NCBI GenBank assembly: GCA_963821395.1
Contig: CAWGDY010000011.1
Location: 124,769-188,768, forward strand
Direction of reading: 5' to 3'
DNA length: 64,000 bases
From: Vicinamibacterales bacterium
GTDB lineage: Bacteria; Acidobacteriota; Vicinamibacteria; Vicinamibacterales; JAMQPK01
Both the position numbers and the translations under genes were made by a program. Positions 48,999-57,970 of this stretch are shown here, piece by piece (positions within the stretch are counted from its first letter, which is position 1; each line of letters opens with the position of its first letter). The notes below the pieces were generated by a model that made no database searches, had not been told where the DNA came from, and saw only the letters and a list, made by a program, of their open reading frames with translations.

Positions 48999-49454
48999 AC
49001 TGTACCAGGTTGATCAGTTCGAGTTCGAATACCAGCGCGGCATTCGGCGGAATCGTGCCGTCTGATGTGCCAGACGGGCCGTAGCCGAGGTTCGCCGGCA
49101 CGTACGCGCGCCGTTTGCCACCCAGTCGCATGCCGACGATCGCCTGTTCGACACCGGGCAGCGTTTGCCTGCGGCCAATCGCGACCACCAGCGGTGCGCC
49201 CGTCTGTGCCGACGAGATGAACTGCCGGCCCTTGCTTTCGGTGCCGCTGCCATTGAAGAGCCAGCCCGTGTAGTTGATCGTCGCCACATTCCCGACAGCG
49301 GCCGGATCGCCGGTACCGACCACAAGATCCGTGAGCGTGTACCGATGTCGACGTCCGAAGGATCGATCGGAGTGTCGTTGGCGGTGTCGCAGCCAGATGC
49401 GATCAGGGCTATCGCGACGACGAGGAGACGGGCGAAAAGGAACAAGGCCCTCAT
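48997..49454 (-). CDS. FKBP-type PPIase lipoprotein 2 (frameshift near 49340)
   Basis: Lipobox ASGC in ORF 49014-49454; NYTGWL, GMRLGGKRR and IPPNAALVFELEL in ORF 48997-49869. Confidence 0.8.
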
Positions 49455-49879
49455 TGCAGGTCCAGCAGCTCGATTTCAAAGACGAGCGCGGCATTTGGTG
49501 GGATGCCGCTTGTTCCAGCCGATCCATAGGCGAGGGTGGAGGGCACATAGATGCGCCGCTTGCCACCAACACGCATGCCCGCGACACCCTGATCGAAACC
49601 GGGAATGACCTGCCCCGACCCGAGCCTGAACGAGAACGTCCCGGCGTCGCGCTGCGTCCCCTTGTTGTCGGTGCCTGCCGGATTGTAGAGCCACAGGGTG
49701 TAACGGACGTTGGCCGTGTTTCCGGCTGCAGCGACGGTTGCGCCGGTGCCTGTGACGAGTTCCACAGTGCTGAATTGAATATTGACCTGCGACGGGTCGT
49801 TGGGATTGCCGCCGCCACTGTCGCCGCCACATGCGCTTGCGACGAGCGCGATGATGAGTGCCAGAACAAACTGCGTCAA
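49451..49879 (-). CDS. FKBP-type PPIase lipoprotein 3
   Basis: TTG start at 49879 with GGAGG; lipobox ASAC; VIPGFDQG, LAYG and IPPNAALVFEIEL. Confidence 0.85.
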   Translation of the reverse strand: MTQFVLALIIALVASACGGDSGGGNPNDPSQVNIQFSTVELVTGTGATVAAAGNTANVRYTLWLYNPAGTDNKGTQRDAGTFSFRLGSGQVIPGFDQGVAGMRVGGKRRIYVPSTLAYGSAGTSGIPPNAALVFEIELLDLQ

Positions 49880-50238
49880 GAACCGCCTCCAGAGTTGAGA
49901 GCTTTCTGTACCATTCCACGAATCTTCGTAATGTTGTCCGTCCGGACGGGACACGTCATGTCGGTGGCGACGCACTGCGCGAGCGTCATTCCGCAGCCGC
50001 AGGTGCAGCGCGCGCCGTTTGCTTCGACGAGAGCCGAATGCTTCTGATCGCTCGTCAGGGAGCTGAAGTCGATAGCCGTCAGCTGCCGCTCGCCGTAGGC
50101 GATGCTCGATGTGTTGGCCAGGCCATAAAAAATGCCGCCAATGGCGGCAACGACACCCAGCCAGATAGCCACACTTCTGGCGCGCCGGGCCAGCCTGCTG
50201 CGAGCGCCGAGTTTGGAACGGGGCTTGGCCCTGGCCAC
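49876..50238 (-). CDS. Single-TM protein with CxCxC-x6-C-x6-C motif
   Basis: TM helix, then RCTCGCGMTLAQCVATDMTCP; its stop overlaps the FKBP 3 start. Confidence 0.7.
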   Translation of the reverse strand: MARAKPRSKLGARSRLARRARSVAIWLGVVAAIGGIFYGLANTSSIAYGERQLTAIDFSSLTSDQKHSALVEANGARCTCGCGMTLAQCVATDMTCPVRTDNITKIRGMVQKALNSGGGS

Positions 50239-50292
50239 CGCTCTCCATTGTAAGTCGGAACCCCGAACACCTTTGCGGCAGAATGTTCAGCT

Positions 50293-51081
50293 ATGGGCAA
50301 ACGGCTTCTGTTTATCTACGCGCACCCAGACGATGAGAGCTTCGGCGTGGCGGGACTCTCGCGGATGTGCGCCGATGAGGGGGCCGATATCGGGATCGTG
50401 ACGGCCACGCGCGGCGATGCCGGACGCGCCGGCGAGCCCGCCTTGTGCAGCAGGGAAGAGCTGCCAGCACGACGCGAAGCCGAGCTGCGCGAAGCCGCGC
50501 GGATTCTCGGTATCAACTACGTAAGGGTGCTCGACTATCGCGACCAGCACCTGGCAAGCGCGCCACCCGGGCAGATTCGGGCGGAGCTCGTCGAGGTGAT
50601 CCGGCGGCATCGCCCGCATGTCGTCGTCACCTTCGATCCGAACGGCGCGAACCTGCACCCCGACCATGTGGCGATTTCACGATTTGCGGGTGATGCGGTT
50701 GCGGCGGCTGATGATTCGCGATGGCATCCCGAGGCCGGTCCTGCCCATCGCGTGCAGCGCCTGCTCTGGATCCCTCCGGTGCTGCCGTGGGACGCGCCGA
50801 AATCACCAGACCTTGGCGCCGAGCCGGGTATCGACTTTCTCATCGATACGTCGAAGTACCGCGACGCGAAAGCGGCCGCGCTCCGGGCACACCGGACGCA
50901 GCATGTCTCCATCAACCGGCATTTCTTCGACCAGCCGAACGTCGACCAGATCCTGAGCGTCGAGGCGTTCCGTCAGGCGTTCGGGCCGCCGCTCTCGAGG
51001 AGGCCATCTGCCGACATCTTCGAGTCGGTTGTTACCGACATATACTCGGATTCATGCGAAAGCTCGGCATCGTCGTCCTGA
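50293..51081 (+). CDS. PIG-L family deacetylase 2
   Basis: AHPDDE, TATRGDAG, HPDH and AHRTQ. Confidence 0.88.
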   Translation: MGKRLLFIYAHPDDESFGVAGLSRMCADEGADIGIVTATRGDAGRAGEPALCSREELPARREAELREAARILGINYVRVLDYRDQHLASAPPGQIRAELVEVIRRHRPHVVVTFDPNGANLHPDHVAISRFAGDAVAAADDSRWHPEAGPAHRVQRLLWIPPVLPWDAPKSPDLGAEPGIDFLIDTSKYRDAKAAALRAHRTQHVSINRHFFDQPNVDQILSVEAFRQAFGPPLSRRPSADIFESVVTDIYSDSCESSASSS

Positions 51082-52583
51082 GTCTGATGCTCGTGGTCGC
51101 CGGCCTCGCGGCCGCGGGATTTCGTCTGCAGCGTGGCGGAAACGGTTGGCCCCGGTTCATCGTACGCTCGCAGCAGGAAGCGCTGGAGGCCGACCGCGCC
51201 CGTCAGCGCGAAACGTCCGCCTTCGCTCGGACGAATCCAGACGAGCTACGGCGCGACAAGCCCAGCGCATCGACGCCGCCTCGCAGGCTTCGCCCATCGC
51301 ACCGGCGGCAGGCCTAGTGCATCCGCCTCCGCTCAGACGAATTCAGATGAGCTTCGGCGCGACAGGCCCAACGCATCCGCCTTCGCGCAGACTTCGCCTA
51401 TCGCTTCGGCGGACAAGCCCAGCAGTAGTTGGACCGACTTTCGCGGGCCGAATCGCGACGGGCGCTACACCGCGACACCGATACGCACCACCTGGCCGCG
51501 CGAAGGGCTGCGGCGGTTGTGGAAGCAGCCGGTTGGCGGCGGGTATGCCTCGTTCGTCGTCGCCGACGGCCGTGCGTTCACGATCGAACAGCGCCGGAAC
51601 GAGGAGGTCGTTGCGGCCTACGACATCCAGACCGGCCGGGAACTGTGGACCAACAGCTGGACTGCGAACTTCGAGGAGTCGATGGGCGGCGACGGTCCGC
51701 GCGCGACGCCGACCTGGCACGAAGGGCGCCTCTACGCGCTCGGCGCCGAAGGCGAGCTGCGCGTGCTCGACGCCTCGAAGGGCACGCTGGTGTGGCGTCG
51801 CAACATTCTCACCGACAACCGCGCCGACAATCTGAGCTGGGGCATGTCCGCGTCACCCCTCATCGTCGATGACAAGGTCATCGTCCTGCCCGGTGGCACG
51901 CGCGGCAGTTCCGTCGTGGCGTACAACAAACTGACCGGCGCTCCGATCTGGAAAGCGCTGAACGACGAGGCGTCGTACACCTCGCCAATGCTCGCGACCA
52001 TCGCCGGCGTGCGACAGATGCTCGTCGTCACGGCGGCACGCGCGACCGGCCTTACGGTCGAGAACGGGACGCTGCTGTGGGAATACCCTGGAGCACGTTC
52101 AGCGGCATCAACGTGTCGCAGCCGATTCCGTTCACGCACGAGGGGCGCAATCTGCTGTTCATTTCGGCAGGGTACGGTCATGGCGCCGCGGTGTTTGAGC
52201 TGGTGAAGACCGGCGATCGTTTCCAGACGAAGACGGTCTGGGAAAACCAGCGGATGAACAACAAGTTCACCAGCTCGGTGCTGCACAACGGGCACATCTA
52301 CGGCCTCGACGAATCGATCCTCGCGAGCGTGAACGCCGTGACCGGTGAGCAGAACTGGAAAGGCGGCCGCTACGGCTACGGCCAGGTGATGCTGGCCGGC
52401 GATCATTTGATTGTGCTGACCGAAGACGGCGACGTGGTGCTCGTGAACGCGACGCCGGCGCGGCACGAGGAGCTCGCGCGGTTCCCGGCGCTGGAAGGAA
52501 AGACGTGGAATCACCCGGTCATCGCCGACGGCAAGCTGCTCGTCCGGAACCTCCAGGAAATGGCCGCTTTCGATATCCGGTGA
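51054..52583 (+). CDS. PQQ-like beta-propeller (BamB-like) protein (frameshifts near 51280 and 52088)
   Basis: N-terminal TM, WTDFRGPNRDG, GGGYAS, GPRATP, ASPL and TWNHPVIADGKLLVRN. Confidence 0.8.
51216..51420 (+). repeat. Tandem palindromic units (tccgccttcgc...agcttcggcg.gacaagccc) inside the coding linker
   Basis: Three clear units encoding SAFARTNPDELRRDKP, SASAQTNSDELRRDRP and SAFAQTSPIASADKP, plus one decayed unit. Confidence 0.75.
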
Positions 52584-52589
52584 ACATTC

Positions 52590-52690
52590 GACGCAGAGAC
52601 GCAGAGACGCAGAGAAATACAAACAGATCAGGAGATCAGAAGAACTCTTTTCTTTTGAAATAGGACTTCTGGTCTTCTGATCTTCTGTTT
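52590..52690. repeat. (gacgcaga)x3 followed by inverted (caggagat/cagaagat)-type arms, between convergent genes
   Basis: gacgcagagacgcagagacgcagag; gatcaggagatcagaaga ... tcttctgatcttctg. Confidence 0.7.
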
Positions 52691-52710
52691 TCTTTTCGGT
52701 TTCGGCCTGG

Positions 52711-53451
52711 TTATTTTTTCGGGGCCGCGATGAACTTGTAGCCGACGCTTCTGACGGTCGTCAGATGGCGTGGGCGTGAGGGTTCTTTCTCGATGTACTT
52801 CCGCAGGCGGGCGATGAAGTGGTCGATGGCGCGCGTGTCCGTGTCCTCGCGCAGGTTCCACACCTCTTCGAGCATGTTCTTGCGCGACACGGCCTTTCCC
52901 TCGTGCTGCACGAGGTAGCGCAGGAGGTTCGCCTCCATCAGCGTCAACGGGTAGGTCCGGCCCGCCGCCACCAACTCCTGGGCGTCGAAGTCCACCACCT
53001 TGTCGGCGAACTTGAACACGTCTCGCGATGCGACTGCCGGGGCTGCGGCTGAGTGGTTGAGGCCGCGCATGGTGGCGTGCCACGTGTGTCGGCGCAGCAG
53101 CGCGTTGATGCGGGCCACGAGAATCGACAGCTCGAAGGGCTTGGGGAGGTAGTCGTCGGCTCCGGCCTCGAATCCCCGAAGCACGTCCTCGGCCCGGCCG
53201 CGGGCGGTGAGCATGAGAATCGGCGTCAGCCATCCTTTCGCGCGCATGCGCGAGGCGACGGCAAAGCCGTCCATGCCGGGCAGCATCACGTCGAGCACCA
53301 CGAGATCGACGCGCGACGGATCCGACTCGAGCTCCGCCAGCGCGGCTTCGCCGTTGTCTCGCAGCGTCACCTGATGGCCGTCGGCTTCGAGGTTGAAGCA
53401 CAGCCCCGAGGCGATGTGCGCTTCGTCTTCGACGATGAGCAGTCTCGACAT
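52711..53451 (-). CDS. OmpR/PhoB family response regulator
   Basis: LLIVEDE, LDVMLPGMDG, GADDYLPKPF, wHTH with RLRKYIE and TVRSVGYKF. Confidence 0.92.
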   Translation of the reverse strand: MSRLLIVEDEAHIASGLCFNLEADGHQVTLRDNGEAALAELESDPSRVDLVVLDVMLPGMDGFAVASRMRAKGWLTPILMLTARGRAEDVLRGFEAGADDYLPKPFELSILVARINALLRRHTWHATMRGLNHSAAAPAVASRDVFKFADKVVDFDAQELVAAGRTYPLTLMEANLLRYLVQHEGKAVSRKNMLEEVWNLREDTDTRAIDHFIARLRKYIEKEPSRPRHLTTVRSVGYKFIAAPKK

Positions 53452-53453
53452 CG

Positions 53454-54377
53454 TCAGAGGGACAACGAGCGTCCGGCGGGTGCCGACGGCAGTTCCAGCG
53501 TGAAGGTGGCGCCGCGGCCCACGCCCTCGCTCTGGGCGAAGGCGCGGCCCCCGTGCTGTTTCGCGGTTTGCGCCACGATGAAGAGGCCAAGGCCCGTGCC
53601 CTTCACGCGCTGAGTCAGCGCCCACGGCGTCCGGTAAAAGCGGCCGAAGATCCGCTTGGTTTCGTTCGGCGGAATGCCGATCCCCTGATCGCGCACGCGG
53701 ACGACCGCGAGGTCTTCGTCACCCTTGCCGACCTCGACCTCCACGCGGACGTGATCGCGGGAATACTTGACGGCGTTGTCCAGCAGGTTGAGGATGGCGC
53801 CCCGCAGATGGTCGGGATCGCCGAAGACCTCGATCGGTTCGTGCGCGGCGCCAACCATCTGCAGTGCCTCCCGGGGCAGGTGCCGCTGAGATTTCGTTAC
53901 CTCGATGCACTCCTCCGCAAGCGCCTGCAAGTCGACGCGCACCTGCTGGAAGGGTCCGCGTCCCTTCTGGCCGGCCGAAAGGACCTGCTCGATCAGGTGC
54001 AGCAGGCGGTCGCTGTCCTGCAGCATCACATCGTAAAACTCGCGCCGCTTGCTCTCGTCCACGGCCTGGCCGCGCGACTTGAGCGTCTCGAGATGCAGGC
54101 GGATGGACGTCACCGGCGTTTTCAGTTCGTGGGTCACGGAGTTCACGAACGCGTCGTGCTGTTCGCTGCGCCGGATTTCGCGCACGAGAAACGTGGTGTT
54201 GAGAATGAGTCCGGTGATGATGGCCGCAAAGACGAGACTTCCGACCAGAAGCGGGACGATTTCGCGTAGGGTGAGGACGACCCATCCCACGTTCAGGGCG
54301 ACGGCCAGGGCAACCAGGCAGACGCAGAACGTGACGAAAAAGGCGATGACGCCCTGGCGCCCGGGGGCGACGGACAT
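53454..54377 (-). CDS. Sensor histidine kinase with two TMs and almost no extracytoplasmic loop
   Basis: H-box THELKTP, NLLDNAVKYS, DQGIGI and GTGLGL. Confidence 0.92.
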   Translation of the reverse strand: MSVAPGRQGVIAFFVTFCVCLVALAVALNVGWVVLTLREIVPLLVGSLVFAAIITGLILNTTFLVREIRRSEQHDAFVNSVTHELKTPVTSIRLHLETLKSRGQAVDESKRREFYDVMLQDSDRLLHLIEQVLSAGQKGRGPFQQVRVDLQALAEECIEVTKSQRHLPREALQMVGAAHEPIEVFGDPDHLRGAILNLLDNAVKYSRDHVRVEVEVGKGDEDLAVVRVRDQGIGIPPNETKRIFGRFYRTPWALTQRVKGTGLGLFIVAQTAKQHGGRAFAQSEGVGRGATFTLELPSAPAGRSLSL

Positions 54378-54403
54378 AGGCGGTACTATAGAACTTGACG
54401 ATG

Positions 54404-54498
54404 AAAACTAGAAACTAGAATCTAAAAACTAGAATCTAAAACAGGCTCGTAGATTCCAGATTTGAGATCTCAGATTCTAGATTTTAGTTTCTAGATTC
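54404..54498. repeat. Inverted heptamer arrays (tagaatc/aaaacta)n ... (tagattt/tagtttc)n
   Basis: aaaactagaaactagaatctaaaaactagaatctaaaac ... ctagattttagtttctagattc; same unit at 47571, 57816-57963 and 58581-58632. Confidence 0.85.
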
Positions 54499-54508
54499 GA
54501 GGCTCCAG

Positions 54509-55357
54509 CTAGGCGGCTTCTTCGAGGCTGGCGTCGATCGCGGCGCGCCGCACCTGCGTGGCCAACCCGAGCGCCTGGAAGAGGCGGATGTGCCAGTAGG
54601 TGATGTCGATCTCGTACCACGCGAGGCCGTGTGCGGCCGAGGTGGGATGGGCGTGGTGGTTGTTGTGCCAGCCCTCGCCAAAGCTCAACGCGGCCACCCA
54701 CCAGAGGTTGCGCGAGTCGTCTCGGGTCGCGAAGCGGCGCGATCCCCACATGTGCGTGGCCGAGTTCACCAGCCAGGTCACGTGCAGACCGACCGTGGTC
54801 CGCAGGAAGATGCCCCACAGCACCCAGTTCCATCCACCGAGGGCCAGCAGGAGAAAGCCGAGCACGGTGAGCGGAATCCAGTGGTACTTGCTGATCCAGA
54901 CGTGGAAGGGATCCTTGCCGAGATCGGGCGCGTACTTCGCGGTGATCTTGTTGTCGTTGTGCAGCGCATCGCCGAAGAGGATCCAGCCCATGTGCGCCCA
55001 CCAGCCGCCGTGCAGTGGTGTGTGCGGGTCGTGGTCGGTATCCGAGTGCTGGTGATGCTGGCGATGCGTGGCGACCCAGAAGAGCGGTCCGCCTTCGAGC
55101 GCGAGGGTCGCGCAGATGGTCAGGAAATATTCCACAGGCTTCGACGTCTTGTACGACCGGTGCGTGAGCAGCCGGTGATACGCCATGCCGATGCCGAGCG
55201 ATAACGAAATGTAGTACGTGACGAGAAAGACCGCGAGTCCTTCCCACGTGAACTGGAAGAGTGCCCACACCGCGCCAATGTGGAAGAGCGTCATGAAAAA
55301 CGCAGTGGTCCACGACAACTTGCTATAGCGCGCGGACAGGGCAGCAACGGATGCCAA
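54509..55357 (-). CDS. Delta-9-type fatty acid desaturase
   Basis: His boxes HRLLTH, HRQHH and GEGWHNNHH; TTG start at 55357 with AGGAG. Confidence 0.92.
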   Translation of the reverse strand: MASVAALSARYSKLSWTTAFFMTLFHIGAVWALFQFTWEGLAVFLVTYYISLSLGIGMAYHRLLTHRSYKTSKPVEYFLTICATLALEGGPLFWVATHRQHHQHSDTDHDPHTPLHGGWWAHMGWILFGDALHNDNKITAKYAPDLGKDPFHVWISKYHWIPLTVLGFLLLALGGWNWVLWGIFLRTTVGLHVTWLVNSATHMWGSRRFATRDDSRNLWWVAALSFGEGWHNNHHAHPTSAAHGLAWYEIDITYWHIRLFQALGLATQVRRAAIDASLEEAA

Positions 55358-55425
55358 TGTTTTCAACTCCTGTTGTTTGTCGGAAGAACGGCCCCATGAC
55401 GATAGCAAGCCGGGGCGATGACGTT

Positions 55426-55442
55426 TGTAAGACTTCTGTAAG
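55426..55442 (-). promoter_or_regulatory. Direct repeat CTTACA-N5-CTTACA (11-bp period), OmpR/PhoB-type box
   Basis: Plus strand tgtaag acttc tgtaag, about 70 nt upstream of the desaturase. Confidence 0.55.
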
Positions 55443-55462
55443 CGACCTAATAGGCTGGTAAA

Positions 55463-57334
55463 TCAGCTAGTTACGGCTGAATATCCGCGCGCTTGCAGAT
55501 TGAACAGGGTGGCGTACATCCCATGCAGGGCGAGCAAATCGGCGTGCGAACCGGCTTCGACGACCTTGCCGTCGTGCAGCACGATGATGTGCTCGGCCAT
55601 GCGCACCGTCGAGAAGCGATGTGAAATGAGCAACGTGATGCGCTCCGTTCCATGCTCGCGCAGGCGATCGATCATCGCCGCTTCGGCGATGGCGTCGAGC
55701 GCCGCCGTCGGCTCGTCGAAGATCTGAACCGACGCGGGACGGAAGTACAGGCGACCGAGCGCGAGCCTCTGCCATTGTCCGCCCGACAACTGGCGCCCTC
55801 CCGGAAACAACCGTCCGAGCATCGTCTCGTAGCGCTCAGGCAGTTCGTTGACCACGTCGACCGCTCCGGACTTTTCACCAGCCCGGTGAATCGACGCATC
55901 TTCCTGCATCCGGTCGGTGCGGCTGAGACCGATGTTCTCGCGCGCCGTCATCTGATACTGCCCGTAGTCCTGGAAGATGATGCTCATCTCGCGCTGCACG
56001 CTGCGCGGACTGAAGCGCGACGCGTCGAGGCCGTTCAGGAAGATGCGGCCCGCCGTGGGCTCGAACAATCGGGTGACGAGCTTGACGACGGTGGTCTTGC
56101 CCGCGCCGTTTTCGCCGACCAGCGCGAGTGCATGTCCTCTGCCGATCTTGAACGAAACCTCCGACAGCACGTCGCGGTCGGTCAGCGGATAGCGGAAGCT
56201 GACGCGTTCGAATTCGATGGACTCGATCGGCCCCCGCCATTCTTCGCCTTCGTCGAGGTTGCGAGACGGCAGCTCGAGAAACTCGAAAAGGTTTCGCATG
56301 TAGAGCAGGCTTTCGTAGATGCCGGTCACGCTGTTGAGGAGCGACGTGAACTGGCTCTGGATCTGCACGATCCCGCCGACGAAGAGGGCGAAATCGCCGA
56401 CCGTGATCGTGGCGTTGGCCGCCCGCCGCAAGACCGAGAGGGTGGCGAACGCGATCAGCAGGGCCGACCCGAGCGTCGCGGCGAGTCCCCACGCGCTGCG
56501 CCGTCCGAGCAGATTGACGAATTGCGCGCGGAACTTCAGATAGTAGTCCTGCCAGCCCTCGAGCAGGTATCGCTCGAACCCGAACAGCCGCACTTCCTTG
56601 ACGAGCGCGTCGGAGGTGAGGATCGAGCCGAGATAGTTCTGGTGGCGAGCGTCGGTCGCGCGCCGCCGCATCTGCCGGTATCCTTCGGCGCCAAAGCGGC
56701 TCGAGACGACGACGCCGGGAATGCTCGCGAGGAGAATCAGCGGCAGCACCTGCCATCCAAGACGCGACATCAGGCCGCCGATCGAGGTCAGGGTAATCAG
56801 CGCCTGGCCGATCCCGATGATCTGGAACATGACGCCGAGCGGGCGCGAGCCGACCTCGTTGTAGGCATTGCGAAGCGCATCGTAGGTTTCGGCGTTCTCG
56901 AAGCTCTCCACATCGAGCGCCGCGGCTTTGTGCAGGATGCGCAGGCTGATGCGGTTCTGCAGCGTGTCCCCCAGCAGCTCGCGCGAGGTGCTGTAGACCG
57001 TCTGCACGAGCGACGAGACGATCGCGATGCCGACCTGCAGCGCCAGCAGCATCGCCAGCCGCCGGTACGCCTCGTCCGGGCTCGGCATCGTTCCGGAGAT
57101 GGCGCGGGCGACTTCGTCCACGAGCAGTTTGCCGACCCACAAGGTTGCCGCCGGGACGAGCGCGAGCAGCGTGCTGAGGCCGAGAATCAGCGAGAACAGA
57201 CGCGGGCTGGCGGACCACACGAGGCGCGCCGTCGCCGCGAGATCGGCGAGCATCTGCCGCGTGCGCACGCCGAGCGGAAGTGCGGGCTCGGGCTTTGGCT
57301 GACGGGCTCCGGAGTGGTCTCTAGGCGGCACCAT
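55463..57334 (-). CDS. ABC exporter, fused permease/ATPase
   Basis: TMD; KEVRLFG; GENGAGKT, LSGGQWQR, DEPT and ISHRFSTV. Confidence 0.92.
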   Translation of the reverse strand: MVPPRDHSGARQPKPEPALPLGVRTRQMLADLAATARLVWSASPRLFSLILGLSTLLALVPAATLWVGKLLVDEVARAISGTMPSPDEAYRRLAMLLALQVGIAIVSSLVQTVYSTSRELLGDTLQNRISLRILHKAAALDVESFENAETYDALRNAYNEVGSRPLGVMFQIIGIGQALITLTSIGGLMSRLGWQVLPLILLASIPGVVVSSRFGAEGYRQMRRRATDARHQNYLGSILTSDALVKEVRLFGFERYLLEGWQDYYLKFRAQFVNLLGRRSAWGLAATLGSALLIAFATLSVLRRAANATITVGDFALFVGGIVQIQSQFTSLLNSVTGIYESLLYMRNLFEFLELPSRNLDEGEEWRGPIESIEFERVSFRYPLTDRDVLSEVSFKIGRGHALALVGENGAGKTTVVKLVTRLFEPTAGRIFLNGLDASRFSPRSVQREMSIIFQDYGQYQMTARENIGLSRTDRMQEDASIHRAGEKSGAVDVVNELPERYETMLGRLFPGGRQLSGGQWQRLALGRLYFRPASVQIFDEPTAALDAIAEAAMIDRLREHGTERITLLISHRFSTVRMAEHIIVLHDGKVVEAGSHADLLALHGMYATLFNLQARGYSAVTS

Positions 57335-57417
57335 CGCAATCGTACTAGACCGTCCGGAACTGGCAACAGCGGGCGCCGAAAAACCGCGAATTTGCTGGCA
57401 ATTTCACGCACGGGATG

Positions 57418-57433
57418 CGGCACGCGGGTTGCT
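57418..57433 (+). promoter_or_regulatory. Putative sigma54 promoter
   Basis: CGGCAC-GCGGG-TTGCT, near consensus; followed by AGGAGG and ATG 57462. Confidence 0.6.
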
Positions 57434-57461
57434 CCGCCGAAAAGGAGGTCAGGAGGCTCTC

Positions 57462-57782
57462 ATGTGGTTGCGCGCCCGATCCAAGACGGCGCTGTGCTTG
57501 AGCGTGGTGTCGTTTCTCTTTACGCCCGCGATCGCGAAGCACCAGGAAACGACCGCCGTAAGGCTGCCCGCGCATCGCGTCGCGGTGGAGCACCTCACGT
57601 GCGATCGGAGCGTCATCGATCCCGGGGAAACGGGCGTGGTGAAATTCCTGGCCGAGCGGAATCCCGACTTCGATCCGGAGTGGGATGATGAGACCGACGC
57701 GGGACTACAACCGCCGAGTGTGCGACCTGATTGTGCGCTTCGCCGAGCCGGCCGCCCACATCAAGCGCACGTCGACCGGTAA
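57462..57782 (+). CDS. Small exported hypothetical protein (106 aa)
   Basis: Strong RBS, signal peptide ending AIA, acidic patch DFDPEWDDETD. Confidence 0.6.
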   Translation: MWLRARSKTALCLSVVSFLFTPAIAKHQETTAVRLPAHRVAVEHLTCDRSVIDPGETGVVKFLAERNPDFDPEWDDETDAGLQPPSVRPDCALRRAGRPHQAHVDR

Positions 57783-57815
57783 GGGCGCCGGGTGGTGACG
57801 CGGAATCGGAAGCTC

Positions 57816-57963
57816 GAATCTAAAAACTAAAATCTAAAAACTAGAATCTTGTGTTGGATTGTACGCAGTGTCCGCCTTCAGGGACCGCTCAAAGTCCGGC
57901 TAAAGCCGGACACCACATACTCCAAAGTCAGATTTTAGTTTCTAGAATCTAGTTTCTAGATTC
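57816..57963. repeat. Inverted heptamer arms enclosing an inverted REP doublet (REPIN-like)
   Basis: Arms at 57816-57849 and 57929-57963; centre gcagtgtccgccttcagggacc ... gtccggctaaagccggacaccac. Confidence 0.75.
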
Positions 57964-57970
57964 CCACGCC

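Noticed and set aside
49451-50248. 265-aa FKBP with long N-terminal extension
   Set aside because: The upstream part overlaps the Cys-rich gene in another frame; an RBS, TTG and lipobox at 49879 define the real start.
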